Counted from the first letter of the stretch, positions 52,268 to 61,715 are shown. The stretch is DNA of 64,000 nt from Vicinamibacteria bacterium (GCA_963668695.2 CAXXLQ010000004.1:1280001-1344000); one strand, 5' to 3'. Numbers and translations: made by a program. Notes: a model not told the origin generated them from the sequence alone.

Positions 52268-53995
52268 ATGGAGCACGGCAAGCAAGGCTTGGTGAGCAAG
52301 TACATCTTCAGCTTCGATCACAAGACGATCGGCAAGCAGTACTTCACGCTCGCGATGACCATGGGGTTCATCGGCGGCATCCTGGCGGTGCTGATCCGGC
52401 TCCAGCTCGGTTTCCCCTCGAAGCCCTGGCCTTTCCTTGAGAACCTGTTCCCGGTCGGCATGGCCGGCGGGATCATGGCCCCCGAGTTCTACGTCTCGCT
52501 GTTCACCATGCACGGGACGATCATGGTGTTCTTCCTGCTTTCGCTGCTGCCGGTCAGCGGCTTCGGGAACTTCCTGATTCCCCTGCAGATCGGGGCGCGG
52601 GACATGGCGTTCCCGTTCCTGAACATGCTGTCCTTCTGGACCGTGGTTCCCGGGGCGATCATTATCATCATCTCGTTCTTCGTCGAGGGCGGCGCCGCGG
52701 CTTCGGGCTGGACGGCGTATCCACCGCTCTCGGCCATCCGAAGCGCCATACCCGGTTCCGATGCCGGTCAGACGCTATGGCTCGTCGGGATGATCTTCTT
52801 CGTGGCGTCCTTCACCATGGGCGGTCTGAACTTCGTGGTGACCATCCTGAACCTCAGGACGAAGGGGCTCCGGATGATGCGCATGCCGCTCACCACCTGG
52901 GCCCAGTTTGTGGTCGGCATCCTGGGACTGCTGTCCTTCCCGGCCCTCGCCGCCGGCGCCCTGCTGCTGACCTTCGACCGCTCCCTGGGAACCAGCTTCT
53001 TCCTGCCTGCGGGCATCTTCATCGGCGACACCCTGATGCCGCACGAAGGCGGCACGCCCCTGCTCTGGCAGCACCTGTTCTGGTTCCTCGGCCACCCCGA
53101 GGTCTACATCATCATGCTGCCGGCGATGGGGTTCACCTCGGACATCCTGGCCACGTTCTGCCGCCGGCCCATCTTCGGCTACCGCTCGATGGTGTACGCC
53201 ATCATGGCGATCGGCACGCTGAGCTTCCTGGTCTGGGGACACCACATGTTCGTGAGCGGGATGAGCCCGTTCCTCGGCAGCGTGTTCGTGGTGACGACCC
53301 TCGCGATCGCCATTCCTTCGGCGGTCAAGGCGTTCAACTGGCTGTTCACCATCGCGCGGGCCCGAATCCAGTTTACGAGTGCGTCCCTGTTTGCGTTAGG
53401 CGTGGTCTCGCTGTTCGTGACCGGCGGTCTGACCGGGATTTTCCTGGGGACGAACGCTGTAGACATCCAGTTGCACGACACCTACTTCGTCGTCGGGCAC
53501 TTCCACTTCATCATGGCGGGCGCCGGGCTCTTCGGCGCCTTCGGGGCGGTCTACTACTGGTACCCGAAGATGTTCGGCAAGATGCTGAGCGAGCGTCTCG
53601 GGAAGATCCATTTCTGGATCACTTTCATCGCCTACTACGCGGTCTTTTTCCCGATGCACTACCTGGGCATTTCGGGAATGATGCGCCGCATCTACGACCC
53701 GAACGTCTATGAGTACCTGCAACCGCTCCAGCCGGTCAACGTGTTCATCACGATCTCCGCGTTCGTGTTGTTCACCGGGCAGTTGATCTTCCTCTACAAC
53801 TATTTCACCAGCATGCGCTGGGGGGCGCCGGCGACCGAGAACCCGTGGAATGCCGCGGGTCTCGAATGGTCCACGCCGCCGCAACCGGGGCACGGCAATT
53901 GGGAGGGCGAGATTCCCGAAGCCCACCGCTGGCCCTACGACTACTCCGTGCCTGGCAAGAAACGCGACTTCACGCCGCAGTGGGAGGCTGAGTAG
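52268..53995 (+). CDS. coxA: Cytochrome c oxidase subunit I (A1 type)
   Basis: DHKTIG, TMHGTIM, GWTAYPPLS, WFLGHPEVY, WGHHM, HDTYFVVGHFH. Confidence 0.97.
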   Translation: MEHGKQGLVSKYIFSFDHKTIGKQYFTLAMTMGFIGGILAVLIRLQLGFPSKPWPFLENLFPVGMAGGIMAPEFYVSLFTMHGTIMVFFLLSLLPVSGFGNFLIPLQIGARDMAFPFLNMLSFWTVVPGAIIIIISFFVEGGAAASGWTAYPPLSAIRSAIPGSDAGQTLWLVGMIFFVASFTMGGLNFVVTILNLRTKGLRMMRMPLTTWAQFVVGILGLLSFPALAAGALLLTFDRSLGTSFFLPAGIFIGDTLMPHEGGTPLLWQHLFWFLGHPEVYIIMLPAMGFTSDILATFCRRPIFGYRSMVYAIMAIGTLSFLVWGHHMFVSGMSPFLGSVFVVTTLAIAIPSAVKAFNWLFTIARARIQFTSASLFALGVVSLFVTGGLTGIFLGTNAVDIQLHDTYFVVGHFHFIMAGAGLFGAFGAVYYWYPKMFGKMLSERLGKIHFWITFIAYYAVFFPMHYLGISGMMRRIYDPNVYEYLQPLQPVNVFITISAFVLFTGQLIFLYNYFTSMRWGAPATENPWNAAGLEWSTPPQPGHGNWEGEIPEAHRWPYDYSVPGKKRDFTPQWEAE

Positions 53996-54025
53996 CCTGC
54001 CCGGCATGACGAAGGTGATTTCCAG

Positions 54026-54634
54026 ATGAGCGGCCAGATGAGCGAATTGACGAGCGGAATAGCGGCGCCGATCGACGCGGCGCGGTCCTGGTCCGACCGC
54101 CGCCAGATCAATCGCCTTGGCCTGCTGGTGGGTCTCGGCGGGATCACGATGCTGTTCGCCGCCTTCACCTCGGCATACATCGTGCGGAGTGGTGGGGGGG
54201 ATTGGGCGACCCTCGAACTCCCGCCGGTGCTCTGGCTGAGCACGGCCCTGATCGCGGCCAGTTCCCTCACCCTCGAGCTGGCTCGCCGCGCCTTCCGCGA
54301 CGGCAACCTGGTGTCTTTCCGCTCGTGGAGCGCCGCTACCGCAGCACTCGGAACCGGCTTTCTCGCGAGCCAGTACGCCGCCTGGCTGACGCTCAACGAG
54401 GCCGGGATCTATCTCCAGAGCCACCCGAAGAGTTCGTTCTTCTTCGTGCTCACCGGAGTCCACGGCGTCCATCTGTTGGCTGGCGTTCTCGCGCTGCTCG
54501 CGGTGTTCGGGCTCGCCGCCGCCGGCCGGCTCGTTCCGGGGCGCTCGGATGCGCCTACCCTGACCGCCATCTACTGGCATTTCGTAGGCGGCCTGTGGAT
54601 TTATCTGCTGGCCGTACTGTCTCTTCTCGGCTGA
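54026..54634 (+). CDS. Cytochrome c oxidase subunit III family protein (copy 1)
   Basis: MLFAAFTSAY, FFVLTGVHGVH, YWHFV. Confidence 0.9.
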   Translation: MSGQMSELTSGIAAPIDAARSWSDRRQINRLGLLVGLGGITMLFAAFTSAYIVRSGGGDWATLELPPVLWLSTALIAASSLTLELARRAFRDGNLVSFRSWSAATAALGTGFLASQYAAWLTLNEAGIYLQSHPKSSFFFVLTGVHGVHLLAGVLALLAVFGLAAAGRLVPGRSDAPTLTAIYWHFVGGLWIYLLAVLSLLG

Positions 54635-54689
54635 TGTTTGCGCCACTGATTTCGACGCTGACAGGGAGCCGACCCGGAGAGGAGGAGGC

Positions 54690-55295
54690 ATGAGCCAGAC
54701 CGCGATTGCCCAGGCAGACTGGGGGGGCGCAGCGAGCCCCTTCGGCGTGACCTGGCAAAAGATGATGATGTGGTTCTTCATCGTCACCGACGCGCTGCTG
54801 TTCGCCGGCCTGCTGGTGAGCTACGGGGTGGTGCGGATCGCCACCGGCGACTGGCCGACGCAGAGCGAGGTCTTCAGCCTGCCCTACATCGCGGCCATGA
54901 CGTTCGTTCTCATCAGTTCGTCCGCAACCATGGCCTGCGCGGTGACCGCCGCGGAACTCGAACGACGGAAGACAGTCACCCTCTGCTTGTGGCTGACCAT
55001 CCTGGGCGGCTTCGGCTTCCTGGGGATGCAGGCTTACGAATGGACCCACTTCATCCATGACGGCGGCGGGATCACCGGGAACCCCTGGGGTCCGCCCACC
55101 TTCAGCCAGTTCTTCTTCATCATCACCGGATTCCACGGTTTCCACGTCCTCACCGGGGTGACCGTGCTGCTGATTGTCGCCATCCGCTCGGCGCTCGGGA
55201 AGCACTCGGCGGCCGGGGTGGAAAACGCCGGCCTCTACTGGCACTTCGTGGACCTCGTCTGGGTCTTCGTCTTTGCCCTCTTCTACCTGGTTTAG
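54690..55295 (+). CDS. Cytochrome c oxidase subunit III family protein (copy 2)
   Basis: KMMMWFFIVTDALLF, QAYEW, ITGFHGFHV, GLYWHFVDLVWVFVF. Confidence 0.92.
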   Translation: MSQTAIAQADWGGAASPFGVTWQKMMMWFFIVTDALLFAGLLVSYGVVRIATGDWPTQSEVFSLPYIAAMTFVLISSSATMACAVTAAELERRKTVTLCLWLTILGGFGFLGMQAYEWTHFIHDGGGITGNPWGPPTFSQFFFIITGFHGFHVLTGVTVLLIVAIRSALGKHSAAGVENAGLYWHFVDLVWVFVFALFYLV

Positions 55296-55316
55296 GAAAC
55301 TCTGGGAGGCCCGCTC

Positions 55317-55622
55317 ATGTCCGCCGACGCAGCTCACCCCTACCGGGGCTACTGGATTCTCTGGGCGGTATTGCTGACCGTCACCCTGCTCATGCTCTCG
55401 ATCGAGGGGGCCGGGCTGCCCGCCGCCCTGGCGGTCGTGGTGCTTCTGTTCGGGTCGGCGATCAAGGCGACACTCATCATCTTCTACTACATGCATCTGA
55501 AGTTCGAGCACCTGGGCCTGATCCTCACCGTGCTGGTCGGGCTGTTCGTTACCGCCATTCTGATGTTCGTGGTGCCCGCCTACGATGGAAGCCAAATCCT
55601 CGCGAGCCGCACCCTCGGCTGA
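55317..55622 (+). CDS. Cytochrome c oxidase subunit IV family protein
   Basis: Three TM helices, KATLIIFYYMHLKFE. Confidence 0.88.
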   Translation: MSADAAHPYRGYWILWAVLLTVTLLMLSIEGAGLPAALAVVVLLFGSAIKATLIIFYYMHLKFEHLGLILTVLVGLFVTAILMFVVPAYDGSQILASRTLG

Positions 55623-55626
55623 CCCC

Positions 55627-55935
55627 ATGTCCCGCTCCAGCCTGCTCACGCTGATTGCTGCCGCCATCGCGTTCATCACGCTCGTGCCAGCGGATGCGCT
55701 GGCGCAGTGCTCGATGTGCCGGACGGCGCTCGAGCAGAACCCGGAGGCCGCCGCGGGCTTCAACCGGGCGATCCTGTTCCTCTTGGCGATGCCCTACACG
55801 GTGTTCGGCTCCCTGGCCGGCTACGTGCTGGTTTCGCGCCGGAGACGCGTGCGCAAGGCGGCCGCAGCGATGGCCCCGGTGACCTACGCCGCCACCCCGG
55901 TTCGCGGCGAGGACGTCGTTAGCAGCCGGTGGTGA
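55627..55935 (+). CDS. Small AQCSMC membrane protein of the oxidase cluster; C-terminus altered by MITE
   Basis: Signal, AQCSMC, GFNRAILFLLAMPY TM. Confidence 0.75.
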   Translation: MSRSSLLTLIAAAIAFITLVPADALAQCSMCRTALEQNPEAAAGFNRAILFLLAMPYTVFGSLAGYVLVSRRRRVRKAAAAMAPVTYAATPVRGEDVVSSRW

Positions 55936-56139
55936 AACCCGGGTGAGCGCCGAGGTTGGCCAGTTCTCCCGGTGGGGGCGAGGCGCCCGGCTGACAAGGC
56001 GCGTGAGGGAGGAGCCCCCACCGGGAGAACTGGCCCGGGTGTATTTCGACCGAAACGCAACGATGAGCGGCGCGCAGCGACGCGGTTCAGCCGGGATGGA
56101 TCGCCGGCCGAACGCCGCGTGGGTTCCACCACCGGCTGC
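55922..56139. mobile_element. MITE-like repeat copy inside the 3' end of the small gene
   Basis: gtTA|gcagccggtgg...ccaccggctgc|TAac; empty site cgtTAacg. Confidence 0.87.
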
Positions 56140-56165
56140 TAACGCCGCCTCCTGACCGCGCGAAG

Positions 56166-57110
56166 CTACTCGCCGCTCGGGATGGCGTAGTACCCGTTCC
56201 GGGTCCGTGTCGTGAGGTCCCGCCGTCCGCGGACCTGAATCTCGATCTCACGCCACTCGCCGTCCCGCTCCGCCTTCCTCGGGACGTAAGCGAGGCGGTA
56301 CTGCGCGTGCAAGTCGGCCTCAATCCGCGAAAAACTTCCGATGAGATCTCCGGTCCGTTCGGGGAAGAGCGCCTGACCCCCAGTTTCCTCTGTCAGCCGG
56401 CGGAGGAATCGCTTGTTGACCCGGGCCCCGTTTCCTTCGAATCCGATGGCGTACACCGCGGCGTCGGTGAGCCGGGCCGCTTCGATGGCGTCGCCGGCGC
56501 TCGCCTCGCTTCCAAAGCCCATGCTCCGCGAGTCGTCACCGTCCGTGAAGATCAAGAGCGCCTTGCGATCTCCGTCGGCGAAGTAGAGCCGCTCGAGCGA
56601 CAGGATCGAGGCGTCGTAGAGCGCGGTCGGGCCCATTGGGTTGAGCGCCATGATGTTTCCGATGAGCCGGTACCGGTCGTCCGTGAACTCTCCCCCGAAA
56701 CGGACCCGGTCGTTGAACTCACCGATCATGGCGCGGTCGCCTTCCCAGAGCCGGTCCACGAAGGTGGCGGCTGCTTCCTTCACATAGTCGAGATTCGCCC
56801 GCATGCTGAGGGAGGCGTCGAGGAGAACCAGGATGGTGAGTGGCGCCGCCTCTGCTCCGAAGAAGGTGACCTGTTGAGGCACCCCGTCCTCGCGCACTAC
56901 GAAGTCATCGGCGGTCAGACCGGAGACGAAGCGGCCGCGCTCATCACTGACAGCCACCCCCAGGTTGACCGCCTCCACCTGGACCTGGATTCTGAAGGGA
57001 TCCTGCTGGCCCTGTTGGGCGGCCGCGGTCACCAGGGTTGCGGCCAGCGAGATCGCCGCGGCGAGCGCAAACGCGCAACGAACCAGTAGCCTCCGGATCC
57101 GGACGGACAT
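56166..57110 (-). CDS. VWA domain protein (VWFA-related acidobacterial type)
   Basis: GRFVSGLTADDFVVREDGVPQ, DASLSM MIDAS, TALYDA, FTDGDD, QYRLAYVP, TRNGYYA. Confidence 0.92.
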   Translation of the reverse strand: MSVRIRRLLVRCAFALAAAISLAATLVTAAAQQGQQDPFRIQVQVEAVNLGVAVSDERGRFVSGLTADDFVVREDGVPQQVTFFGAEAAPLTILVLLDASLSMRANLDYVKEAAATFVDRLWEGDRAMIGEFNDRVRFGGEFTDDRYRLIGNIMALNPMGPTALYDASILSLERLYFADGDRKALLIFTDGDDSRSMGFGSEASAGDAIEAARLTDAAVYAIGFEGNGARVNKRFLRRLTEETGGQALFPERTGDLIGSFSRIEADLHAQYRLAYVPRKAERDGEWREIEIQVRGRRDLTTRTRNGYYAIPSGE

Positions 57111-57225
57111 GGCAAACCTCCCGTGGGGTCCGTCTATTCTGGCGCGTGAGACGGACAAAGGGGCGCTCCACGAGGCAGAAGTGCCTCCGAGCCGCGTCTT
57201 CGATCCGAATCGGGATGCGGCGTTA

Positions 57226-57460
57226 ACAGCCTGTGGTGAAACCCAAGCGGCGTTCGAGCGGCGATCCATCCCGTCTGAACCACGCCGCTTTGCGGCGCTC
57301 TGCGTTGCGTTTCGGTCGAAATACACCCGGGCCAGTTCTCCCGGTGGGGGCTCCTCCCTCACGCGCCTTGTCAGCCGGGCCCCCACCGGGAGGACTGGCC
57401 CCACCGGGAGAACTGGGCCTCGCCGCTCTCGGCGCTCACCCGGGTTCCACCACAGGCTGT
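57226..57460. mobile_element. MITE-like repeat copy
   Basis: tTA|acagcctgtgg...ccacaggctgt|TA; shares its TA with the next copy. Confidence 0.85.
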
Positions 57461-57462
57461 TA

Positions 57463-58005
57463 ACAGCCTGTGGCAAAACCCACGCGGCATTCCCGAGCCA
57501 GAAGGGATGGGGGCCGGGTAGCCCCGCCCCCCGTCCCTCCCGCTCCGGGGTCTCCGCGGTGCTCGCGCCCCGCTCCGGAAGCGACCGGCGATGCATCCCG
57601 GCCAAACAGCCTGTGATGAAACCCACGCGGCGTTCGGCCGGCGATCCATCCCGGCCAAACAGCCTGTGATGAAACCCACGCGGCGTTCGGCCGGCGATCC
57701 ATCCCGGCTGAACCGCGTCGCTGCGCGCCGCTCATCGTTGCGTTTCGGTGGGAATACACCCGGGCCAGTTCTCCCGGTGGGGGCTCCTCCCTCGCGCGCC
57801 TTGTCAGCCGGGCGCCTCGCCCGTCTCGGTGCTCACGTGGGTTCCACCACCGGCTGTTCACCGCCCCGCTTCGCGGTGCTCTGCGTTGCGCTTCGGTCGA
57901 AATACACCCGGGCCAGTTCTCCCGGTGGGGGCTCCTCCCTCGCGCGCCTTGTCAGCCGGGCGCCTCGCCCGTCTCGGTGCTCACGTGGGTTTCCCCGCAG
58001 GCTGT
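57463..58005. mobile_element. Composite MITE (3 left + 2 right half-modules) with about 90-bp cargo
   Basis: Left modules at about 57463, 57607, 57660 (the last two identical); right modules end at about 57858 and 58005; foreign insert about 57493-57582. Confidence 0.83.
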
Positions 58006-58158
58006 AACGGGCTGCTACAATTCATCGCTCAATTCAGGGGCGACTTCGCCCCTCTGAGTCGGTTTCTCGACTGTCAGGTGCGGCCCGAGTCTGTCAGGCC
58101 CACCGGTTGCGGACCGTATTTCATCCCCCCTGCCCATGGAACGGAGGTTCCCCGTAAG

Positions 58159-58947
58159 ATGCTTCATAGAGCCCCTCGCACGCTCGTTCTGCTCGCGATT
58201 CCCCTCGCCCTCGCCCTCGCCCTGCTGGTCGGCTGCGGCGGTGGTGGCGGTGAATCTGACACCGCGATGGAGGCCATCCCGGTCGCCACCGTGGATCCGG
58301 CGACCGCCGGCATCATCAGCGGCAAGGTCATGCTCGACGGTGACGCCCCGCCGGCGGACACCATCCAGATGGCTGCCGACCCGAACTGCGCCCGCATGCA
58401 CGACGGCCCGGTGATGACCGAGTTCGTGATCACCGACATGGAGGGCGGACTGCAGAACGCCTTCGTGTACATCAAGGGCGGTATCGAGGGCATGAGTTTC
58501 CCGACGCCGACCGAGTCGGTCACCCTGAACCAGGAGGGGTGCCTCTATGTGCCCCACGTGCTCGGGCTCCAGGTGGGCCAGCCGCTGAACATCCTGAACA
58601 GCGACTCAACGCTCCACAACATCCACGCCAGTCCCTCCGCGAACCGGGAGTTCAACATCGGCCAGCCGGTGGCAAACATGAGCACCACCCGGACCTTCGA
58701 CAGCGTGGAGGTCATGGTTCCCTTCAGGTGCGACGTGCACCGCTGGATGAACAGCTACGCGGGCGTCCTCGACCACCCCTACTTCGCGGTCAGCAGCATG
58801 GACGGCTCCTTCACCATCGGCAACGTGCCGCCGGGCCCCTACACCGTCGGCGTCTGGCACGAGCGTCTCGGTGAGATGGAGATGATGGTCACCGTCGGCG
58901 AATCGGCCACCGCGGAAGCCAGCTTCACCTACAGCGCCGCCGAATAG
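58159..58947 (+). CDS. Lipoprotein with cupredoxin-like core and carboxypeptidase-regulatory-like domain
   Basis: Lipobox LVG-C, QEGCLYVPH, NSDSTLHNIH, CDVHRWM, HPYFAVS...GSFTI, VWHE. Confidence 0.8.
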   Translation: MLHRAPRTLVLLAIPLALALALLVGCGGGGGESDTAMEAIPVATVDPATAGIISGKVMLDGDAPPADTIQMAADPNCARMHDGPVMTEFVITDMEGGLQNAFVYIKGGIEGMSFPTPTESVTLNQEGCLYVPHVLGLQVGQPLNILNSDSTLHNIHASPSANREFNIGQPVANMSTTRTFDSVEVMVPFRCDVHRWMNSYAGVLDHPYFAVSSMDGSFTIGNVPPGPYTVGVWHERLGEMEMMVTVGESATAEASFTYSAAE

Positions 58948-59022
58948 GACCAACTCCCTGGCGGGCCCGACCCGTCCGGGCCAGGACGCGGGAATCGCCG
59001 CCTTCGGGGCGGCGATTCACCG

Positions 59023-60451
59023 CTAATGTGGCCGGGACCCCTCCGGGTGTGGCCGGGACCCCTCCGGGGCGTTCGCGGGCCAGAGCCTCTTGCGCAGGTC
59101 CTTTGCCCAGCCTTCGACCACTTTGTCCCCGCCGATTTGCCGTACCCGGTTGTAGTCGAAAAGCGCCCTCTGCCGCTGACCCATGCCGTCGCGGGCATTG
59201 CCGCGGCGGAAGTGCAGCATCACGCAGATGTCGGAAGGCGGAGAGGACTCGAGACCCCGTGAGAAGGCCGCCTCCGCTTCTTCCCACTTTTCTTCGAACA
59301 GCCAGGACTCGCCCAGCCTGAGTTCCGGGAGGCCGCCCGGGGTCAGATGGTAGTTCCCGAAACCGGCATCCCGCTGCTCGATGAAGGCAAGTACCTCGTC
59401 GCGTGCCTCGGCGGTCTCTCCGTGGTGCAGGTGGACCCCTAACAGCCTGTGGTGAAACCCACGTGAGCGCCGAGACCGGTGAGGCGCCCGGCTGACAAGG
59501 CGCGTGAGGGAGGAATACCCGGTGTATTTCGACCGAAACGCAACGCAGAACGGAGCGAAGCGGAGTGGTTCAGCCGGGATGCATCGCCGGTCGAACGCCG
59601 CGTGGGTTTTGCCACAGGCTGCTAACTCTTCAAGGGCGTAGTCGGGATTCTTCGGGAACTGCTCCCGGAGCGTTCGGATGGCAACGAGGGCTTCTTCGAG
59701 CCGGTCCTCCCGCTGCATGAAGAGCACCTGGGCCCAGAGTGCGCCCCAGCGCGAGCGCTCTCCTTCTTGTGCGGTCCGGGCGAGCCAATCCAGCCCCCGC
59801 TCCTTGTCGCCCCGAACGCCGGAGAGGAACGCGAGCATGCGGAGAGCGCGCGGCAGGGTTGCGATCCCGTAGTCGTAGACGCCCGGGACCTGGTAGGCGT
59901 CGGTGAAGTCGGGATCCCTCTTCCAGGATGCTGCGGTGGTGCCCAACCGCTCTGCTCATCGCGCGAGTTCCGGAGAAATAGGAGCGGGCCACCGTGACAT
60001 CCCAGGCGGATTTCAAGCCTTCGGTGGCGCCCAGGTAATAGCGGTTCGGCAGATCCGCAGGATGGTGCTCGCTTACCCGCTCGCAGCGCGTGCGTGCTTC
60101 CGCAAGTTGGCTCTCGAAGAGTCCTGTTTCTTCATCGCTTACTTCCGGGGTTCCGGTTTGTTCCCAATACCGGTCGCCCCGGTGGGAGGATCCCCGCATT
60201 CCCCCGCTGCGCTGGGCCGCCTTCTTCCAGATGATGCTGGCGCGGCCGTAGGGCCCGGCGGCGTAGTCGGGAAACTGATCTCCGAGGCGCCGAAACACCT
60301 GATCGGCTTCTTCGAATTCGTAGTTGAACAGATGCTGATACCCCTCTCTTTCGAGGGGTAGCGCTTCGTCTCCGATGTCCGTTGGCTGTCCCTGGACGAG
60401 GCCGGGCGCGAGCAGAATCACCCCGGCGAGGACCGCAAGTCGAGAGGTCAT
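59023..60451 (-). pseudogene. Secreted TPR-like protein gene with a one-base frameshift (59916-59918) and an in-frame MITE insertion
   Basis: N-part MTSRLAV...HHRSILEE joins DPDFTDAY... after removing one G; the 183-bp insertion reads as 61 aa; 21-bp tandem repeat (PEGSRPH x2) at the C-terminus. Confidence 0.75.
59442..59622. mobile_element. Minimal MITE copy inserted in-frame in coding sequence
   Basis: ccTA|acagcctgtgg...ccacaggctgc|TAac; 181 + 2 = 183 bp. Confidence 0.9.
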
Positions 60452-60517
60452 GGTTGGCGAAGACTCCAACATCTCGCCCATTTTCCCACGCTGGCCACCT
60501 TTACACTGCATGCCTTG

Positions 60518-61090
60518 ATGCCCGATCACTCCACCCCCGTTTCCGCCCGACTGATCGACCGCAGTGTCCCGTTTTCCGGGCGCCTGCTGCGCCTGGAGCT
60601 CGATCAGGCACAAGAACCCGTGGGGCCGCACGGATACGGTCCGGTGGTGCACCGTGAGGTCGTCCGCCATCCCGGAGCGGTAGCGATCGTTGCCGTGACC
60701 CCGCAACGCGAGCTCGTCATGGTCCGGCAGTACCGCTATGCGGCCGGCAGATTTCTCCTTGAGATCCCCGCCGGAACGCTCGAACCCGGGGAAAAACCGG
60801 AAGACACGGCCCGCCGCGAGCTTCGCGAAGAAACGGGCTACACCGCGGAGAATCTGCGCCCGCTCGGATCGTTCTTCAGCGCCCCCGGCTTCTGCGACGA
60901 GGTGATCTACCTTTTCCAGGCGGACGGCCTCACCCCGGGCGAGCAGGACACGGACTTCGGGGAAGAAATCGACCTGGTCGAGATCCCCGTCGATGAGGGA
61001 CGCCGTCGGCTCGCGGCTGGCGCCTTTGAGGACGCCAAGACGCTCGTCGGGCTGTCACTCTTTTTCCTGGAGGAACCCGGTCCTTCCTGA
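60518..61090 (+). CDS. Nudix hydrolase (ADP-ribose pyrophosphatase-like)
   Basis: REVVRHPGAV, RQYRY, EIPAGTLEPGE...ARRELREETGY Nudix box, DAKT. Confidence 0.93.
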   Translation: MPDHSTPVSARLIDRSVPFSGRLLRLELDQAQEPVGPHGYGPVVHREVVRHPGAVAIVAVTPQRELVMVRQYRYAAGRFLLEIPAGTLEPGEKPEDTARRELREETGYTAENLRPLGSFFSAPGFCDEVIYLFQADGLTPGEQDTDFGEEIDLVEIPVDEGRRRLAAGAFEDAKTLVGLSLFFLEEPGPS

Positions 61091-61106
61091 GCCGTTCCGA
61101 TCTGCG

Positions 61107-61646
61107 ATGGGTCTCCACGGTGATGCCGGCAATCGGTCGGCCAGGTGTCGCGGGGCGCTGGCGTTGCCACTTCTGGTGGCGGCGCTCATCGGCGCCGCCT
61201 GCGCCGAGAAGCCGGATCCCCCGACGCCGGATGCCGCGGCGCCGCCCTTCGAGCTGCTGGACCTCGAGGGGCGCCCCCACCGCCTCTCGGATTTCGCCGG
61301 CCAGGTCGTGGTGCTCAACTTCTGGGCCACCTGGTGCCCGCCCTGCGTGGAGGAAATGCCGTCCTTGCAGCGGCTTCAGGATCTGTTAGGCGATGACGGG
61401 CTGACCGTAATCGCGGTATCAGTGGACGAGCGCTATTCGGACATTCCGCCGTTCGTCACCGAGCACGAGCTGCGCTTTCTGGTGCTCCACGACCTCGGCA
61501 AGCGCGTTTCCCGCCGCTACGAAGTGTTCCAGTTTCCCGAGACCTGGATCATCCGGCGTGACGGAACGCTCGCCTCGCACATCGTCGGAGCCCGGGACTG
61601 GGCGGTGCCCGGCTCCCTCGAGATCTTCCGCGGGTTACTCGACTAG
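61107..61646 (+). CDS. TlpA/ResA family thiol-disulfide oxidoreductase (lipoprotein)
   Basis: VLNFWATWCPPCVEEMPSL, FPETWII, GARDW. Confidence 0.92.
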   Translation: MGLHGDAGNRSARCRGALALPLLVAALIGAACAEKPDPPTPDAAAPPFELLDLEGRPHRLSDFAGQVVVLNFWATWCPPCVEEMPSLQRLQDLLGDDGLTVIAVSVDERYSDIPPFVTEHELRFLVLHDLGKRVSRRYEVFQFPETWIIRRDGTLASHIVGARDWAVPGSLEIFRGLLD

Positions 61647-61715
61647 GCTGCGTTCCGAGTAACGCGGCGTTGTGGACGGTCAGCATGCTGCGTTTCGCCC
61701 GCCGGTGGCAGGCAA

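Noticed and set aside
59900-59940. Programmed ribosomal frameshift in the TPR-like gene
   Set aside because: No canonical slippery heptamer; a single extra G in a short run is more simply a mutation or sequencing error
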